This document shows, in pieces, positions 12,026 through 25,313 of a stretch of DNA of 64,000 nucleotides. Numbering within the stretch: position 1 is the first letter of the stretch; each line of letters starts with the position of its first letter. Origin of the DNA: Azolla caroliniana (lineage: Eukaryota; Plantae; Polypodiophyta); the NCBI GenBank assembly GCA_043228905.1, contig JBHGNT010000006.1, positions 17,236,001 to 17,300,000 of the forward strand. Reading direction: 5' to 3'. Made by a program: the position numbers and the translations under genes. The notes under the pieces are model-generated. The model did not search any database. It had not been told where the DNA came from and saw nothing but the letters and a program-made list of their open reading frames with translations.

Positions 12026-13898
12026 GAAGAAGGTAATGAACTCTGAGTCGACCGGTAAGGATAGACTCTACAATGAGCAGACCCAACCGGCAAGAGACCG
12101 GTTAGCACTCGAGGAACCAGCCGGTTACGGTGAGGATACCGAACCAGCAGAAGAAGAAGTAGAGGAAGCTGAGACCGGAACCGGTCAAGACCCCGAATCG
12201 GATTCGGATGAAGAGCAAATGGAGGAATCGGTTACCGAAGCCCGAAGACGTAGATATCCTCTCAGAGAGAGAAGGGCGCCCCGGAGATTTCCGGATGCAG
12301 AGCATGTCCTGCTCACCGATGAGGGGGAGCCGGAAAGCTTTGAAGAAGCGAAGGAAGACACCCACAGCCGAAAATGGTTAAGTGCCATGCAGGATGAGAT
12401 GGATTCCCTGCATGAGAACCATACGTACGAATTGGTGGAGCTGCCGAAAGGAAAGCGGGCACTCCGAAACAAGTGGGTGTTCAAGTTGAAACCGGGAGAT
12501 GCCGGCAACCCCCCGAGATACAAAGCCAGGATCGTGGTGAAGGGGTTCCAGCAGAAGAAGGGCGTGGACTTCGACGAAATATTTGCCCCGGTAGTAAAGA
12601 TGACCTCCATCCGGACGGTGCTGAGTATAGCAGCAAGCATGGATCTCGAGGTAGAGCAGCTGGACGTGAAGACGGCATTCCTCCACGGCGACCTCGAAGA
12701 GGAGATCTACATGCAGCAACCGGAAGGATTTGTGGAGAAAGGGAAGGAGCACCTGGTATGCCGGTTGAAGAAGAGCCTGTACGGACTGAAGCAGGCTCCC
12801 CGGCAATGGTACCGGAAGTTCGACTCCTTCATGACCGATCAAGGGTACCATAAGACGCAGGCCGATCACTGCGTGTTCGTGAATAAGTTCGAAGGAGGGG
12901 ACTTCCTGATACTTCTCCTGTACGTGGATGACATGCTGATCGTCGGACGAGACCAAGGCAAAATACGGATGCTGAAGAAGGCTCTCAACCGGACCTTCTC
13001 AATGAAAGACTTGGGTCCGGCAAGACAGATGTTGGGGATGCACATCATTCGGGACCGGTCAGTGAAGCAATTATGGCTGTCACAGGAGAAGTATGTGACA
13101 AAGGTGCTTCACCGGTTCAACATGTCAGATGCAAAACCGGTCGGATCGACACTTCCGGCAAACTGCAAGTTGTCCGGCAAGCAAAGCCCGAAGACAAAAG
13201 GAGAGAAGGCATATATGATGAAGATTCCATATGCCTCTGCCGTCGGGAGCTTGATGTACGCAATGGTTTGTACCCGACCGGACATTGGATACGCAGTCAG
13301 AGTGGTGAGCCGGTTCATGAGTAATCCCGACAAGGAGCATTGGAACGCGGTCAAGTGGATACTCCGGTATTTGAAGGGCACCTCAAATATGTGTCTCCGA
13401 TTCGGCTCCGGAAAACCTCAACTGGATGGTTTCACCGATTCGGACATGTCGGCTGAGGTGGATACCAGCCGGTCTTCATCCGGGTATGTGATGACATATG
13501 CAGGGGGAGCTGTTTCGTGGCAGTCGAGACTGCAGAAGACGGTTGCATTGTCAACCACAGAGGCGGAGTACATGGCGACTGTAGAAGCCGGCAAGGAAAT
13601 ATTATGGATGAAGGACTTCATCGGAGAGCTCGGTATCCGGCAAGAGGAATACCGACTCTACTGCGACAGTCAAAGTGCCATCCACCTGGCTAAGAATGCG
13701 GCCTACCATTCCCGGACGAAGCATATCCAGCGGAGGTATCACTGGATCCGGGAAAGGGTAGATGACCAGGAGTTCGCACTAACGAAGATCCACACGGCCG
13801 AGAACGGGTCAGATATGCTGACCAAAGTGCTGACACCCGACAAGCTGGACGCATGCCGGAAGAGGATCGGGCTGGAAAGACACCCCATGCCGGAGTGA
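12026..13898 (+). pseudogene. Element D pol 3' part (linker, RT, RNase H)
   Basis: 620-aa ORF with YVDD and RNase H motifs, continuing D beyond the E insertion. Confidence 0.92.
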
Positions 13899-15243
13899 AG
13901 GGGGAGTTTGTTGGGAGACAGGTCCCTCCGGATGGGAAGGGAGAAGAACAGTGCTGAAACGGTATGAACCGGATGGGGAGTACCCGACTGGGGAGAGCCG
14001 GATGGTGTAGACTCGGTATGAACCGGATAGGGAGTACCCGACTTCGGAGAGCCGGATGGTGTAGGCCCGGTATGAACCGGAGGAAGAGACATATTTGTAA
14101 ATATGTTTCTGAGAGCCCATCGAGGCTACATTTGTAAATAGCCGAAAAATCATATTAGTATAAATATGACTTAGGGCAAACTTTTGTTTTTGTTGTTGTT
14201 TTATTGTTGTTATTCTTCCTTGTTGGTGCAAGAAGAAGGGAGAGCGCGCAACTGTACAGAGAGAGAGAGAGAGAGAGAGACGAGGTCGTTGCCTCTGTTG
14301 TAACCGCCACCTATGGCGAAGATCTGAGAGCACGAGGTCGTTGCCTCAGTGATCTCACTGTTGTATATTCCTACATAGTGACAATTTGCAGCCTGTGGGC
14401 TGCCGTGGTTTTTCCCTTATTTTTGGGGTTTTCCACGTAAACCTCCTGTGTACCATTTCTCCCCTTGGTGTCGCGTTTCATTACCTGTTTTTTTTCTGTG
14501 TATGAAAAGAATCTCGGTTGTGGCCGAGCGTCGGACATAAGGAACGTCGAGTTCTCAACACTATCTTCCTTTCAAAAAGAATTTCAATACCAAGAAAAGA
14601 CAAAATTATTGGCTATGTAATCTAAGTAACCCGCCTAAGTAAAGGTCGCTTCCATTTAAGATAAGAGGCGCGGGTAAAGAAGAGCAAGCCATCGTTTTCT
14701 AAGCTAAGAGGAATGATGCCTGAAAGAGGGCTAACTCTTGCAGAATAGGATGTTTGAGGCGTTCATGGGTAGGCTTCACACTCATAATCAGTCGAGTTTC
14801 CGCTTGCTTCTTTCCTTCCCCCGACGAACCTTTCAACCTCACATTAGTCCGTCCCTTTGGGTAAGCTAAAGAATCTAAGAATTTCTAATATGAGGGATGA
14901 TTATCAACCCTCTCTTATGGCTTAGATTTCTCCTACTCATCGTTCAAATCCTAATTATCCATCGTTTGTTTGTGGCGCATTCCAATTCCCGACAAAGAAA
15001 CATTTAAGTGTTGTATTGTACGATTCCGAATCCTCGAATCTAAAAGTAATTTCCTAACTTTTCGGGAGGAAAGGATCGACATACACTAACTCCCAAAATA
15101 TATTCCTGCGCGGAATATCTTTCAAACGGCCTCACGGTTTACGCACCACTACGGCTTCTCGTTACGCACCGGTTTGCGTACCGGTTTACGCACTGGACCA
15201 GCCTAACCGATCCTATTCTCGGCTTGCACAACCGATCCGGCCA

Positions 15244-18200
15244 ATGTTGAGCTTGTCTCTCAACACGAAGATATTCTTGATTCGGCATCTCTACAATCTT
15301 CGGATGAAGGAATCCGATTCGGTCCAGGCACATTTAAACGAGTACGAAAGTCTAAGCTCCCAAATTGCAGCTCAAGGGACGATCATCGAGAATGAACTAA
15401 AAGCAATGTTGCTTATGAGTAGTCTCCCTTCGTCGTGGGAAACTTTCCTCACCACCGTGTGCAATGCGTCAACTACAGCAGTCAAGTACTCCTCAGTCAC
15501 GAGTGTTATTCTGACTGAAGCAGCTTGGAGAAAATCGTTTGCGAACAATTCGACCAATGACGCTGACGTAGTACAAGGTTCGACTGACCAATCGAACAGC
15601 CGTGGAAGTGACTCTTCACGGCAGCCGAGCAATCAGCGAAGACGAAACCAGACACGGGATAGTCGAGTATGCAACTACTGCAAGAAACCCGGACACATCA
15701 AAGTCGATTGTCGTGCTCTCAAAACCAAAAACGATAAGGCTCAGCGAGCCGACAAGAAGAGTGGCCGGTAGGAGGAGATCAACTACATCAGTTCTTCAGC
15801 TGACGTACTATCAAACGAAAATTCAGTCGGATTAGAAGTTCTACTTACGACTGAAGAATCAACCACATGGCTCTTAGATTCGGGTGCGTCATTTCATGTA
15901 ACTCCTCATCGATCCCAATTTCGGCAATACACGGCCCGACATTCCGACTCAGTTGAGTAGGAAATTCGCAACACTGCGATATAAATGGAATCGGCACGGT
16001 AGAGCTCCACCTTGCGGGTGGTTCTACATTGGTACTATGCAATGTCCGACATGTACCTGAACTCTCATGACCACTAATCTCAATCGGACAATTGGATGAA
16101 GATGGTATTCGTGCCGGCTTCTCATTAGGACGATGGACACTCCACAGGGGAAACCTCCTACTTGCTAGACGACCGAAGATACATTCACTGTATCCACTGC
16201 ACGTTACGCTCAGGCAGGGTAGCCTATTTTTGGTTGACATTCCCGTGTCATCACTATGGCACGAACGACTCGGACACCTCAACAAGGCCGGCATCACGCA
16301 CTTATATAGAGCCGGTTACATCCCTAAACTCTCCTTCTCAGATCATCAATTCTGCGAGCACTATCAATATGGAAAACAAATAGCCACAACACACCCATCT
16401 TCAGCCCTGAGAGAATCGAGCCCGCTCGATTTGGTTCACTCAGATGTCTGTGGCCCTATGCCACATCAGTCACTCGGCGGTGCTTTGTATTTCGTCAGCT
16501 TCATTGACGACTCGACTAGGAAGGTATGGGCTTATCCAATTAGAACCAAAGATCGTGTCTTCTCAATCTTCTCCGATTGGCTTGCTATGGTAGAGAATCA
16601 GTCCAGCCGAAAACTGAAATGTTTTCGGACCGATGATGGGGGAGAGTTCAAATCAGAGGAATTCGTCAAATTTTGCCGAAACCGCGGCATACGATGTGAA
16701 TTTATGGCACCACATAGTTCGGAGCAGAATGGAATTTCCGAACGAATGAATCGGACAATTCAAGAAAGGATAGTTTCCATGCTCCAACACTCTGGACTGT
16801 TAGATGGCTTTTGGGCAGAGGCCCTACTTACCGCAGTACACATAATCAATATGTCACCGAGTAGGCATCTAGGACTTTGGATACCTCAGGAATTATGGAC
16901 CGGCAGTAAGCCGAATTACGATAAGCCGAGGATTTTCGGATGTGAGGCATATGCCCTCATCCCGAAAGATGATCGCCACAAACTTGCACCACGGTCCAAG
17001 AAATGTATTTTCCTTTGTTATAGATCAGATGGCGAAATGGGATACCGACTCTGGGACCCCGAACACAGACAAATCGTTCGAAGTTCGGACGCAGTGTTCA
17101 ATGAGTCAGCTATGAATCAATCGGTCGAAAAACTGATCAAAGTCCGAAGGGTAATTTTTTCTGATGTGCCAACCCTTCAAGAAAGTCCAGCACACAACAC
17201 ACGATGAGCTTCACGGGCAGTTGAACCCCCTAACACCGACTCGGAGAATTCTGACTCGGCACAGCTGAACGATTCAACTTTGGATCATCCGACCACGACA
17301 CCCAATGTGACCAGTCCAATCATACCTCGAAGATCCTAGAGACTGTCGCAACCCCTGGAGAGATACTCTCCTGGTATCTTCTTCACAGATGCCGAAGAAC
17401 CGACGTCATACGAAGAAGCTTCGACATCAGCTGAATCGGCCACCTGGCATCTAGCAATGGAGTCAGAAATGAACTCTATTCATATGAACAACACTTGGGA
17501 CTTGGTCGAACTCCCGAAAAATCGACATGCTCTTCCGTGCAAGTGGGTCTATCGAATTAAGGAGACGTCTAATTCGGCAAGCCCGAAGTTCAACGCCAGA
17601 TTAGTAGCCAAGGGTTTTCGACAAGAACACTGCGTCGATTTCGACGAAATCTTTTCACCAATGGTGAAAATGACAACCCTTCACTTTATCCTCGGCGTAG
17701 TGGCAGCCGAAAAGTTGGAGTTGATTCAGCTAGATGTCAAAACGACTTTCCTCCATGGTGATCTTGAGGAGGAAATTTATATGGCGCGGCCGAAAGGCTT
17801 TGTGGTACCTAGCCAAGAAAATCTAGTCTGCCGACTCAAGAAGAGTCTCTACGGCCTGAAACAAGCGCCACGACAGTGGTATAAGAAGTTCGACGACTTC
17901 ATCCAATCGATCGGCTTCTCAAAGAGTGATGAGGACCACTGTCTCTTCACGAAAACAACTCGAGATGGATCACCCATCTTTCTCATCATCTACATGGACG
18001 ACATGCTAATTTCTAGACACCATGCAACCAAACTAGCCGAACTTGTTCGGCAACTGCAGTTGAAGTTTGCCATGAAGGATCTCGGTCCAGCACGCCACAT
18101 TCTTAGCATGAAGATACGTCGGAATCGTAATCGACAACAATTGTTTCTGTCTCAATCCGACTACATTGGACGTGTCCTCAAACGCTTCAACATGCAATCA

Positions 18201-19360
18201 ACGAAATCGGCCTCTACCCCGCTCCCTATTAATTCTCAGCTGTCTCGTCGAGACTGCCCGACATCCGGTCCGGAGGGGGAAATTATGAATTCGGTACCGT
18301 ATGCACCGGTAGTCGGCTCCCTCATGTACGCGATGATCGCGACATGGCCTGATATAGCTCACGTTGTTGGAGTCGTCGGCAGATTTATGCATTTACCCCA
18401 GTTGATCGCATTGGAACGCAGTTAAGCATATGTTCAGATATCTGGTGGGCACAAAAGACCTCGGTATTCTATTTGAACCGAACGACAGCTCACGCGTAGT
18501 CGGATATACCGACTCTGACTTCGCGGGCTGCATAGACAGCCGAAAATCAACAACCAGATATTGTTTCAAACTTGGAAACGGGGTCATCTCATGGAAATCC
18601 AAACTTCAAGAATGCAGGACCACATCAACGACCGAAGCCGAATACGTAGCTACTTCCGATGCCGCGAAAGAGGCCTTATGGCTTGGCCGGTTGGCCTGCA
18701 CGTTTCAACAAGCCGAAATCGGTTCGACTCAGATTGTTATAGCGACAGTCAGGGTGTTGTCGCTCTATCAAAAAATCCGGTTCAGCATAACGCCTCCAAG
18801 CATATTGATGTTCAATATCACTTCGTTCGAGACTACGTCATTTCAAAGAAAATCGGCCTTGCGAAGATATCTACAGCCGATAATATCGCGGACACAATGA
18901 CCAAGTGTCTCTCGGCATATCGATTTTGATCTCTTAGACAACACATGGGTGTAATGGAGAATTGGTTTGATTAAATTGAACAATTGCGATCCCTTTTCGA
19001 ACACCAGACTTCGGTTGTTCGAAGCCTTGTATCAATCTGTATTATATATACTCGTTTCGAGTATAAGTTTAATATATATACGTCCATTATGGGGGAATGT
19101 TGAATACGGGTGTCTAATGGACGTATTCACATTGTCTCCTTTTGTACACACTAGGCTTAGACTATTTATGTAAATACTGAGAAGGGCAGTTGCCCTAAGT
19201 TAGTATATAAACTGACTTTGTAACCTAGTTGTTGGAGTTGCTCTTTGTTCTATTTCCTAATATACAACTAGTTTGTTGTACCTTTCTCTCTCACTCTCTC
19301 TTGCGTGCTCTGCAGCATCTTGTCTAATGTTTCCATCTACCATTGAGCTTTCTGTCTACA
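15244..19360 (+). mobile_element. Degenerate, 5'-truncated copia element F with 3' LTR
   Basis: Fragmented gag (CNYCKKPGHIKVDC), integrase (HSDVCGP), RT (YMDD) and RNase H ORFs; PPT gggggaa then LTR TGTTGAA at 19098 to ~19360. Confidence 0.85.
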
Positions 19361-20115
19361 TACACCACTTCATGATCATCATATAGAAGAGTTTCGCTTA
19401 AGTTCCACATTCGAAGGCGACCCTTTCCCAACACTGCCTTCATCGGTATATTGTTGGTTCTGCAACTGGAGTGACTCCTCCACGACCCGCCTAATCGTTC
19501 TAGGAAAAGGCCGGTCCTGTCGGATCTCCTCGGCCGCCTGCTAGTAGGCCTCCCACCTCCGCAGTCTCTCAACTAGTCTTCTCGCTCGTTTGGCAACTGG
19601 GTCGTTTGTCGATCTAATCATCCATTCCCCGATGTTCATTGCGCTCCACAGGAATCGTGGTCGACAAAACTATGTTAATTCTGGGTTGGACTAGTCACTA
19701 ACACAGGGTGTCCTTCCGGATCACTTCACCAAAGGGGGGTTAATTTTTGTGACACATATCTCCCTTTATCCGGTTGGTTCTGGATTAACCGCTCACATAG
19801 ATTGATTACATGTGTAAGATACGACAGTAAGCACAGAATGGAAGGTAAGTAGATACACAATAATCTTAAAGCCAACTTCACTTATATTAATTTTGTCCCT
19901 TAATACATCGTTGTTCGGATCCTTTTATAGGCATCTAGTTTTGTTTACAAAACGGTGCCCTATCGGGAACCGATTACGAATCGGTCCGGATCTGGATCGG
20001 TGCAACTCTTCCGTATCCATCCGTTCATATTTTAATAATAATTAATACTAATAACTTAAATTCCACTTCTGACTCGTCCACCACTTGTCTTTCATACTCT
20101 GGACACTGGCCAACA
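19361..20115 (-). mobile_element. Probable 5' end of another LTR element (LTR ~19748-20115, PBS-like TGG, start of a gag-like ORF)
   Basis: Minus strand TGTTGG...GTCACA segment, then tggtgaagtgatcc and an ORF start MNIGEWMIRS...; interrupted by F; family not recognised, Gypsy-like is a guess. Confidence 0.45.
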
Positions 20116-21237
20116 ATGAGGAACTAGCCGAAGTGGAAGGACCTAGTGAGTCAGCTGAGGAAAATAGAGGAAGGATATACCCTCTAAGAGAGAGACAAGG
20201 GGGAGTCGGAAAGCTTCGAACAAGTGAAGAGGGACACCCACAACAGAGAGTGGCTAAGTGTCATGCAGGATGAGATGGATTCCTTGCATGAGAACCACAC
20301 GTATGAGCTAATGGAGTTGCCAAAAGGAAAGAGGGCAGTCTAGAACAAGTGGGTGTATAAATTAAAACTAGGAGATGGGGGGAATCCACCAAGGTACAAA
20401 GCTCGCATTGTGGTGAAGGGCTTCCAACTGAAGAAACGAGTGATCTTGAAGAGGAGATCTTGAAGAGGAGATATACATGCAGCAACATGAAGGATTCGTC
20501 GAGAAAGGAAAGGAGAACTTGGAGTGCCAATTGAGGAAGAGCCTTTACAAATTGAAGCAAGCTCCCCAGCAATGGTACCGAAAGTTCGAATCCTTCATGA
20601 CCGACCAAGGGTACCACAAGCCGCAGGTTGACCACTGCGTGTTTGTGAAGAAGTTCAATGGAGGAGGACTTCTCGTCCTCTTGTTGTATGTGGAGGACAT
20701 GCTGATTTTCAGACGGGACCATATCAAGATTGGAATGTTGAAGAAGGCCTTGAGCAGGTCATTCCCGATATGGGTCCGACAAGACAGATCCTACGAATGC
20801 ACATTGTCCGAGACCAGACAAAGAGGTTATTATGGTTGTCACAGGAGAAGTACAAGACAAAGGTGCTCTAGAGGTTCAGTATGGAAAGTGCAAAGTCAGT
20901 CGGCTCGTCACTACCGACCAACATCAAGCTATTCGGGGGACAATGTCCGAAGACAAAGATGAAGAAGGCCGAGATGAGTAAGGTAACATATGCCTCAGTA
21001 GTTGGAAGTCTAATGTACGCTATGGTATGTACCAGGCTGACATTGAATATGCTATTGGAGTTGTCAGTCGGTTTATGAGCAATCTAGGTAGAGAGCATTG
21101 GGTTGCAATAAAGTGGATACTCCGGTACCTAAGAGGCACCTTGAGCATGTGCCTCCAATTCGACTCAGGTAACCCCGTATTAGAAGGTTTTACTGATTCA
21201 GACATGTCGACTGATGTGGATTCTAGTTAGTCCACGT

Positions 21238-24200
21238 TGTCGCGAAGTTTCACGTGTGTGTGTGTGTGTGTGTCGCTTGAACGGGACCGTCGGGGCTTTG
21301 GACCAAGGAGACAAAAGAACTAAGGATAGTGGGAGATTATGATGTCAATGACATGGGGAAAATATACATAAGTTTAGATATAAAATAGGCTTTAAACAAC
21401 AATTAGGCTAAATACCATGATTCCAGTGGGGTTTTTTTACATAGAATTGGTTTCATAATTAATAAAAACAGCTATGAATCAAAACGGGTTTTTATTTTCT
21501 TTAGAATTGTTGTATAATTTTAGGTTTGGGGATGACGATTATGATGATAATAGGATAGTGACAGGGATGGAGAACATGAAGATGTTGGCAAGCATTGAGG
21601 GGTGGGGGGTGGTGCCTAGAATGGCTCCACCCCCCTCCCAAGGGGGGTTCAACGTGAGAGAGAGAGAGAAATTGATCATTGTCTTCATTCATTCCCCATA
21701 AGGGGTTAAATAGGTACAAAAGGGTAGATACACAAGGGTGCAAGCCCCTTGGGCATTCACACCTAGTCACTCACTCACACCTCTTTGTATCCACCACACT
21801 CACACTTACATTCACACTCATAATCGTATAAGATTAAACATACATTACATCTTTCACTCTCACTTATCAATCACCCGTACATCTCGTCCGGTAACACAAT
21901 ATGGCATGCCCGTGGGAGAGTGCCTTGCACGTCGATCCCACATGCCTTGATCATAATCTTTCTTCGACTGGAATTTCCATCGGTCCTCTCAATGATCGAC
22001 TCCCTCGATCGGAGCGCTTGACTCGAAAATCTCCGTCGGTCAGCGAATCTTCCACGACACGAACATTCTCGTTCTGTCGACTTACGAACTTTGGTATCCT
22101 CTTTCGGGTCCTTAAAAACGTTGTGTGTATGTATATCTTCCTTTTGTTGATTTGAGTTGTGTGTGGATCGCATCCATTTCTTTTAGGTTCATGAGTTTTC
22201 GAAATTCCATTGGTGCCCTTTGGTTTTTAAAATTCTATCATGTACCCTTATGTTTTTAAAGTTATACTTGATACCCTTAAATGTTTTAAAATTTCATGGA
22301 TGCCCTCATCTCGTTTTTTCCCTCTCTCTTTTTTCTGTTTGCTTTTGTCTCTCCCGCTCGTGTCTGTCTGTCCATGCCTTTCTCTTCTTCCATGAATTCT
22401 TCTTTCTCTTCCTTCTCTATTCATCAACGGCTACATCTCCTTCTGCTTCTTCTTCTTCTTCTCTTCTCTCTTCTTCTTGTTTTTCTCTATTCTTCTACTG
22501 TTGCTTCTCATTCCTCTTCTTTCTTCTCTGCGATCTCTTCTTGTTCAATTTCTTCTGCAAATATTCCCTTCTTTTCTCTTTCTTCCTCTGTTTTGGTTAC
22601 AGGCATCGTTCGTTGTCTGTCTATCTCTGTTGCGTCTTCCATCTTTCTCTGTTGTTTGTCCTAACCATCGCCATTGCCGCCCATCTCTGTCCGGCCCTTC
22701 TAGCTCTCTCACCTTCTGATGTTCTGTATGTTTTCGTTTTCGTCTTCGGCTCTGGCGTTGTCTTTGTCTGTCGTCGTCCGTCGCTTCGTTGTCCATCTAA
22801 GTCAGCGTCTCTCTCTTCATTTGGCCCTGTCCAGTTGGTCTTTTTTCGCTATTCGACCCTCGATTTGCTTGTCTCTTTCCAGCCTTTTCCGTCTATGTCT
22901 TGGTGGTTGTCCGGCCACCACTCCGTTGTGGATTCCATCACCGTCTTTGTCGGTTTTCGTCCGCGTCTGTGTCTCTGGCTCCGTTGCCGTCTTCGACCGC
23001 TCTCCGACCGGTGCTTTTCCGGCCTCTCGTTAGTCTCTATTGGTGTCGCCGTTCTGGGCATCGATCTGTTTTAGTCTGACCCGTTCCGGTTGTCGTCCGG
23101 TCAGTTTTCCAGCAGTCGGTTCAGCTGTTGTCCGGCCGCTCCCATCTCTGGCCATTTCGGTCGACTTCCACTCCATCACCGTTGCTTTTCTCAAGCTTTC
23201 CACTGTTCGGCCTCTGTCTGGCCACTCCATCTTCGGCCAATGTCTCTCCGGTCTTCTTTCGGCATCATCATTGTTCTTGTCATCAGTTGTCGAGCCACCG
23301 CCATCGCTCCAGCCCCTATCCGGTCGTTCTGGATGTTGTCCAACCACTCCGACCACTTCTTGGTTGTTGGTATGTGGCCACCACCGTCTTTTCGATCTGT
23401 CATGTTTTTCCAGCCGTCTCTGTCCGCTTTTTGGCCGGTTTCCGGCCGCCGGCTGTTCTTGGCTGTTGTCTGTCGGTCGATCCGACTATCCGTCTTTGAC
23501 CATATCTTTCCGGTCCTTCGTTCATTCTTCCGTCCATCCGTTCGGCCGTTTCCGACCATCAAGTTGTTCTTCAGTGGTCTTTGTCTCTTCGCATATCTGT
23601 CGTCAACCTTGTCCGACTGTCTTCGTTCATCCCGGCCGTCGTCCCCGGTCATCTCCGTTGTTGTTCGGCACAAACGATCATGTCTTTCCGGCTGTCTAGT
23701 TGTCGTCCCACTCGTCTTTGGTTAGGCCATCATTGTTGTCAATCTCTCCGTCATTCCGGTTGTTGCTATGATTGTTTTTTCTTTTTCGTTAGCATGGCCA
23801 TTTCCAACACATTGTGGTCGCCATTTCTTGCACATTACCGATTTGATTTGCTACTCATCATAAATTCGATTTGTCGCACATCATCGTCACCATTATCGCA
23901 CATTTCGTTGTTGTTGTCTCTACCACGTATTAGTCTTTGACTTCGTATCCAAAGGGGGGTCGCCTTAGTGGTCGCCAAAAAGTGTTGTAGGTTTTTAGGG
24001 TTAGGGTTAATGATAATGATAATGATGATGATAATGAAGATAGACATGGTGTAATAGTGGAGATGATGAATGGTATGATGGTGAGAGAGAACATGAAGAA
24101 CAAGACAAGCATTGAGAAGCATTGTGGGCTAGGGGGGTGGTGGCTAGAATGGCTCCACCCCCCTCCCAAGGGGGTTCAACATTAAGGGGGAGGGGAGAGA

Positions 24201-25193
24201 GAGAGAAATTGATCATTGTCTTCATTCATTCCCCATAAGGGGTTAAATAGGTACAAAAGGGTAGATACACAAGGGTGCAAGCCCCTTGGGCATTCACACC
24301 TAGTCACTCACTCACACCTCTTTGTATCCACCACACTCACACTTACATTCACACTCATAATCGTATAAGATTAAACATACATTACATCTTTCACCCTCAC
24401 TTATCAATCACCCGTACATCTCGTACAATAACAAGAATTGTTAGGCTTGACACCATGATTTCGGTGGTTTTTACAACAATCATTATGAAATAATCAAGGC
24501 TAAAATAGTCTAGCGAAGGCGAGTCTAGTGGGCTCCGAGCTCGACTACTTCCGACGGCTATGTTGCCTCAATTCGGAGTAGCCCTCGTGCCACTACAACC
24601 TCCCTTCCGCAATCAGCTTTGAGTTGACCACCACCGAGATGTCGAAAAAGCCATTGTTTAAGAAATCAAAACCCTAAAATCTCGAGTAAGAAGTATAATA
24701 GGAGCAAAAGTCACAAACCCTAAAATCATATGTCCTCTAATATGTTGAGGAGAAAAGAAGAAAAGTAGAAAAGTAGAAGCTCTCCAACCCTAGATAAAAA
24801 AGGAGGAGGAAGGGATAAGGAGAAAGGGAGGCAGCAAAACCCTAACCTAAGAAGAAGATGAGAAGATGAAAACTTAATGGTACACCCCTAAGGCAATATG
24901 GGCGACCCCATAATAAGCCTATTCCTCCCCTCTTATAGAGGAAAGAGGCGCCTATTTTAACATTGCATGCTTTTTTTTTTTCCCTTTACCACAAAAATGG
25001 AACAGGAGCAAAATACTCCTTAATTTATCACAAGAGAAGCTTGAACTCTACACCTCCCCATGTATACTTATAAGCCCTAACCACTAAGCTACGACAAGTT
25101 TATTCTTATTATTCTATTTTCATTCATATATTACTTTCTGAGATGTGCGTGAAGCTTCGCTTTTTCTCACACTACACACGCCACACCACGACA
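21238..25193. mobile_element. TG...CA-bounded insertion (solo-LTR-like, ~1.0 kb net) containing element H
   Basis: Ends TGTCGCG / CACGACA; flanking acgt duplicated; removing it restores the STFGYV frame of G RNase H. Confidence 0.7.
21508..24433 (+). mobile_element. Non-coding (non-autonomous) LTR element H
   Basis: LTRs 21508-21896 and 23983-24433 (TGTTGTA...TAACA); TSD agaat at 21503-21507 and 24434-24438; PBS-like tggcatgcccgtggga at 21902; aaagggggg at 23951; pyrimidine-rich interior with no retroelement motifs. Confidence 0.8.
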
Positions 25194-25313
25194 ACGTTCG
25201 GATATGTAATGATTTATGCAGGGGGAGTCGTCACGTGGCAGTCGAGGCTACAAAAGGTCATGCCATTGTCGACCACAGAAGCGGAGTATATGGCAGTCGT
25301 AGAAACTGGCAAG

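Larger units (their letters stand above)
3844..14560 (+). mobile_element. Full-length copia element D (with element E nested inside)
   Basis: LTRs 3844-4497 and 13909-14560; TSD ctatc at 3839-3843 and 14561-14565; PBS tggtatcagagc at 4500-4511; PPT before 13909. Confidence 0.96.

Noticed and set aside
22220-23940. Long F/S/L-rich ORFs (up to 284 aa) in element H
   Set aside because: Low-complexity pyrimidine-rich DNA depleted of stop codons in several frames; no domain motifs.
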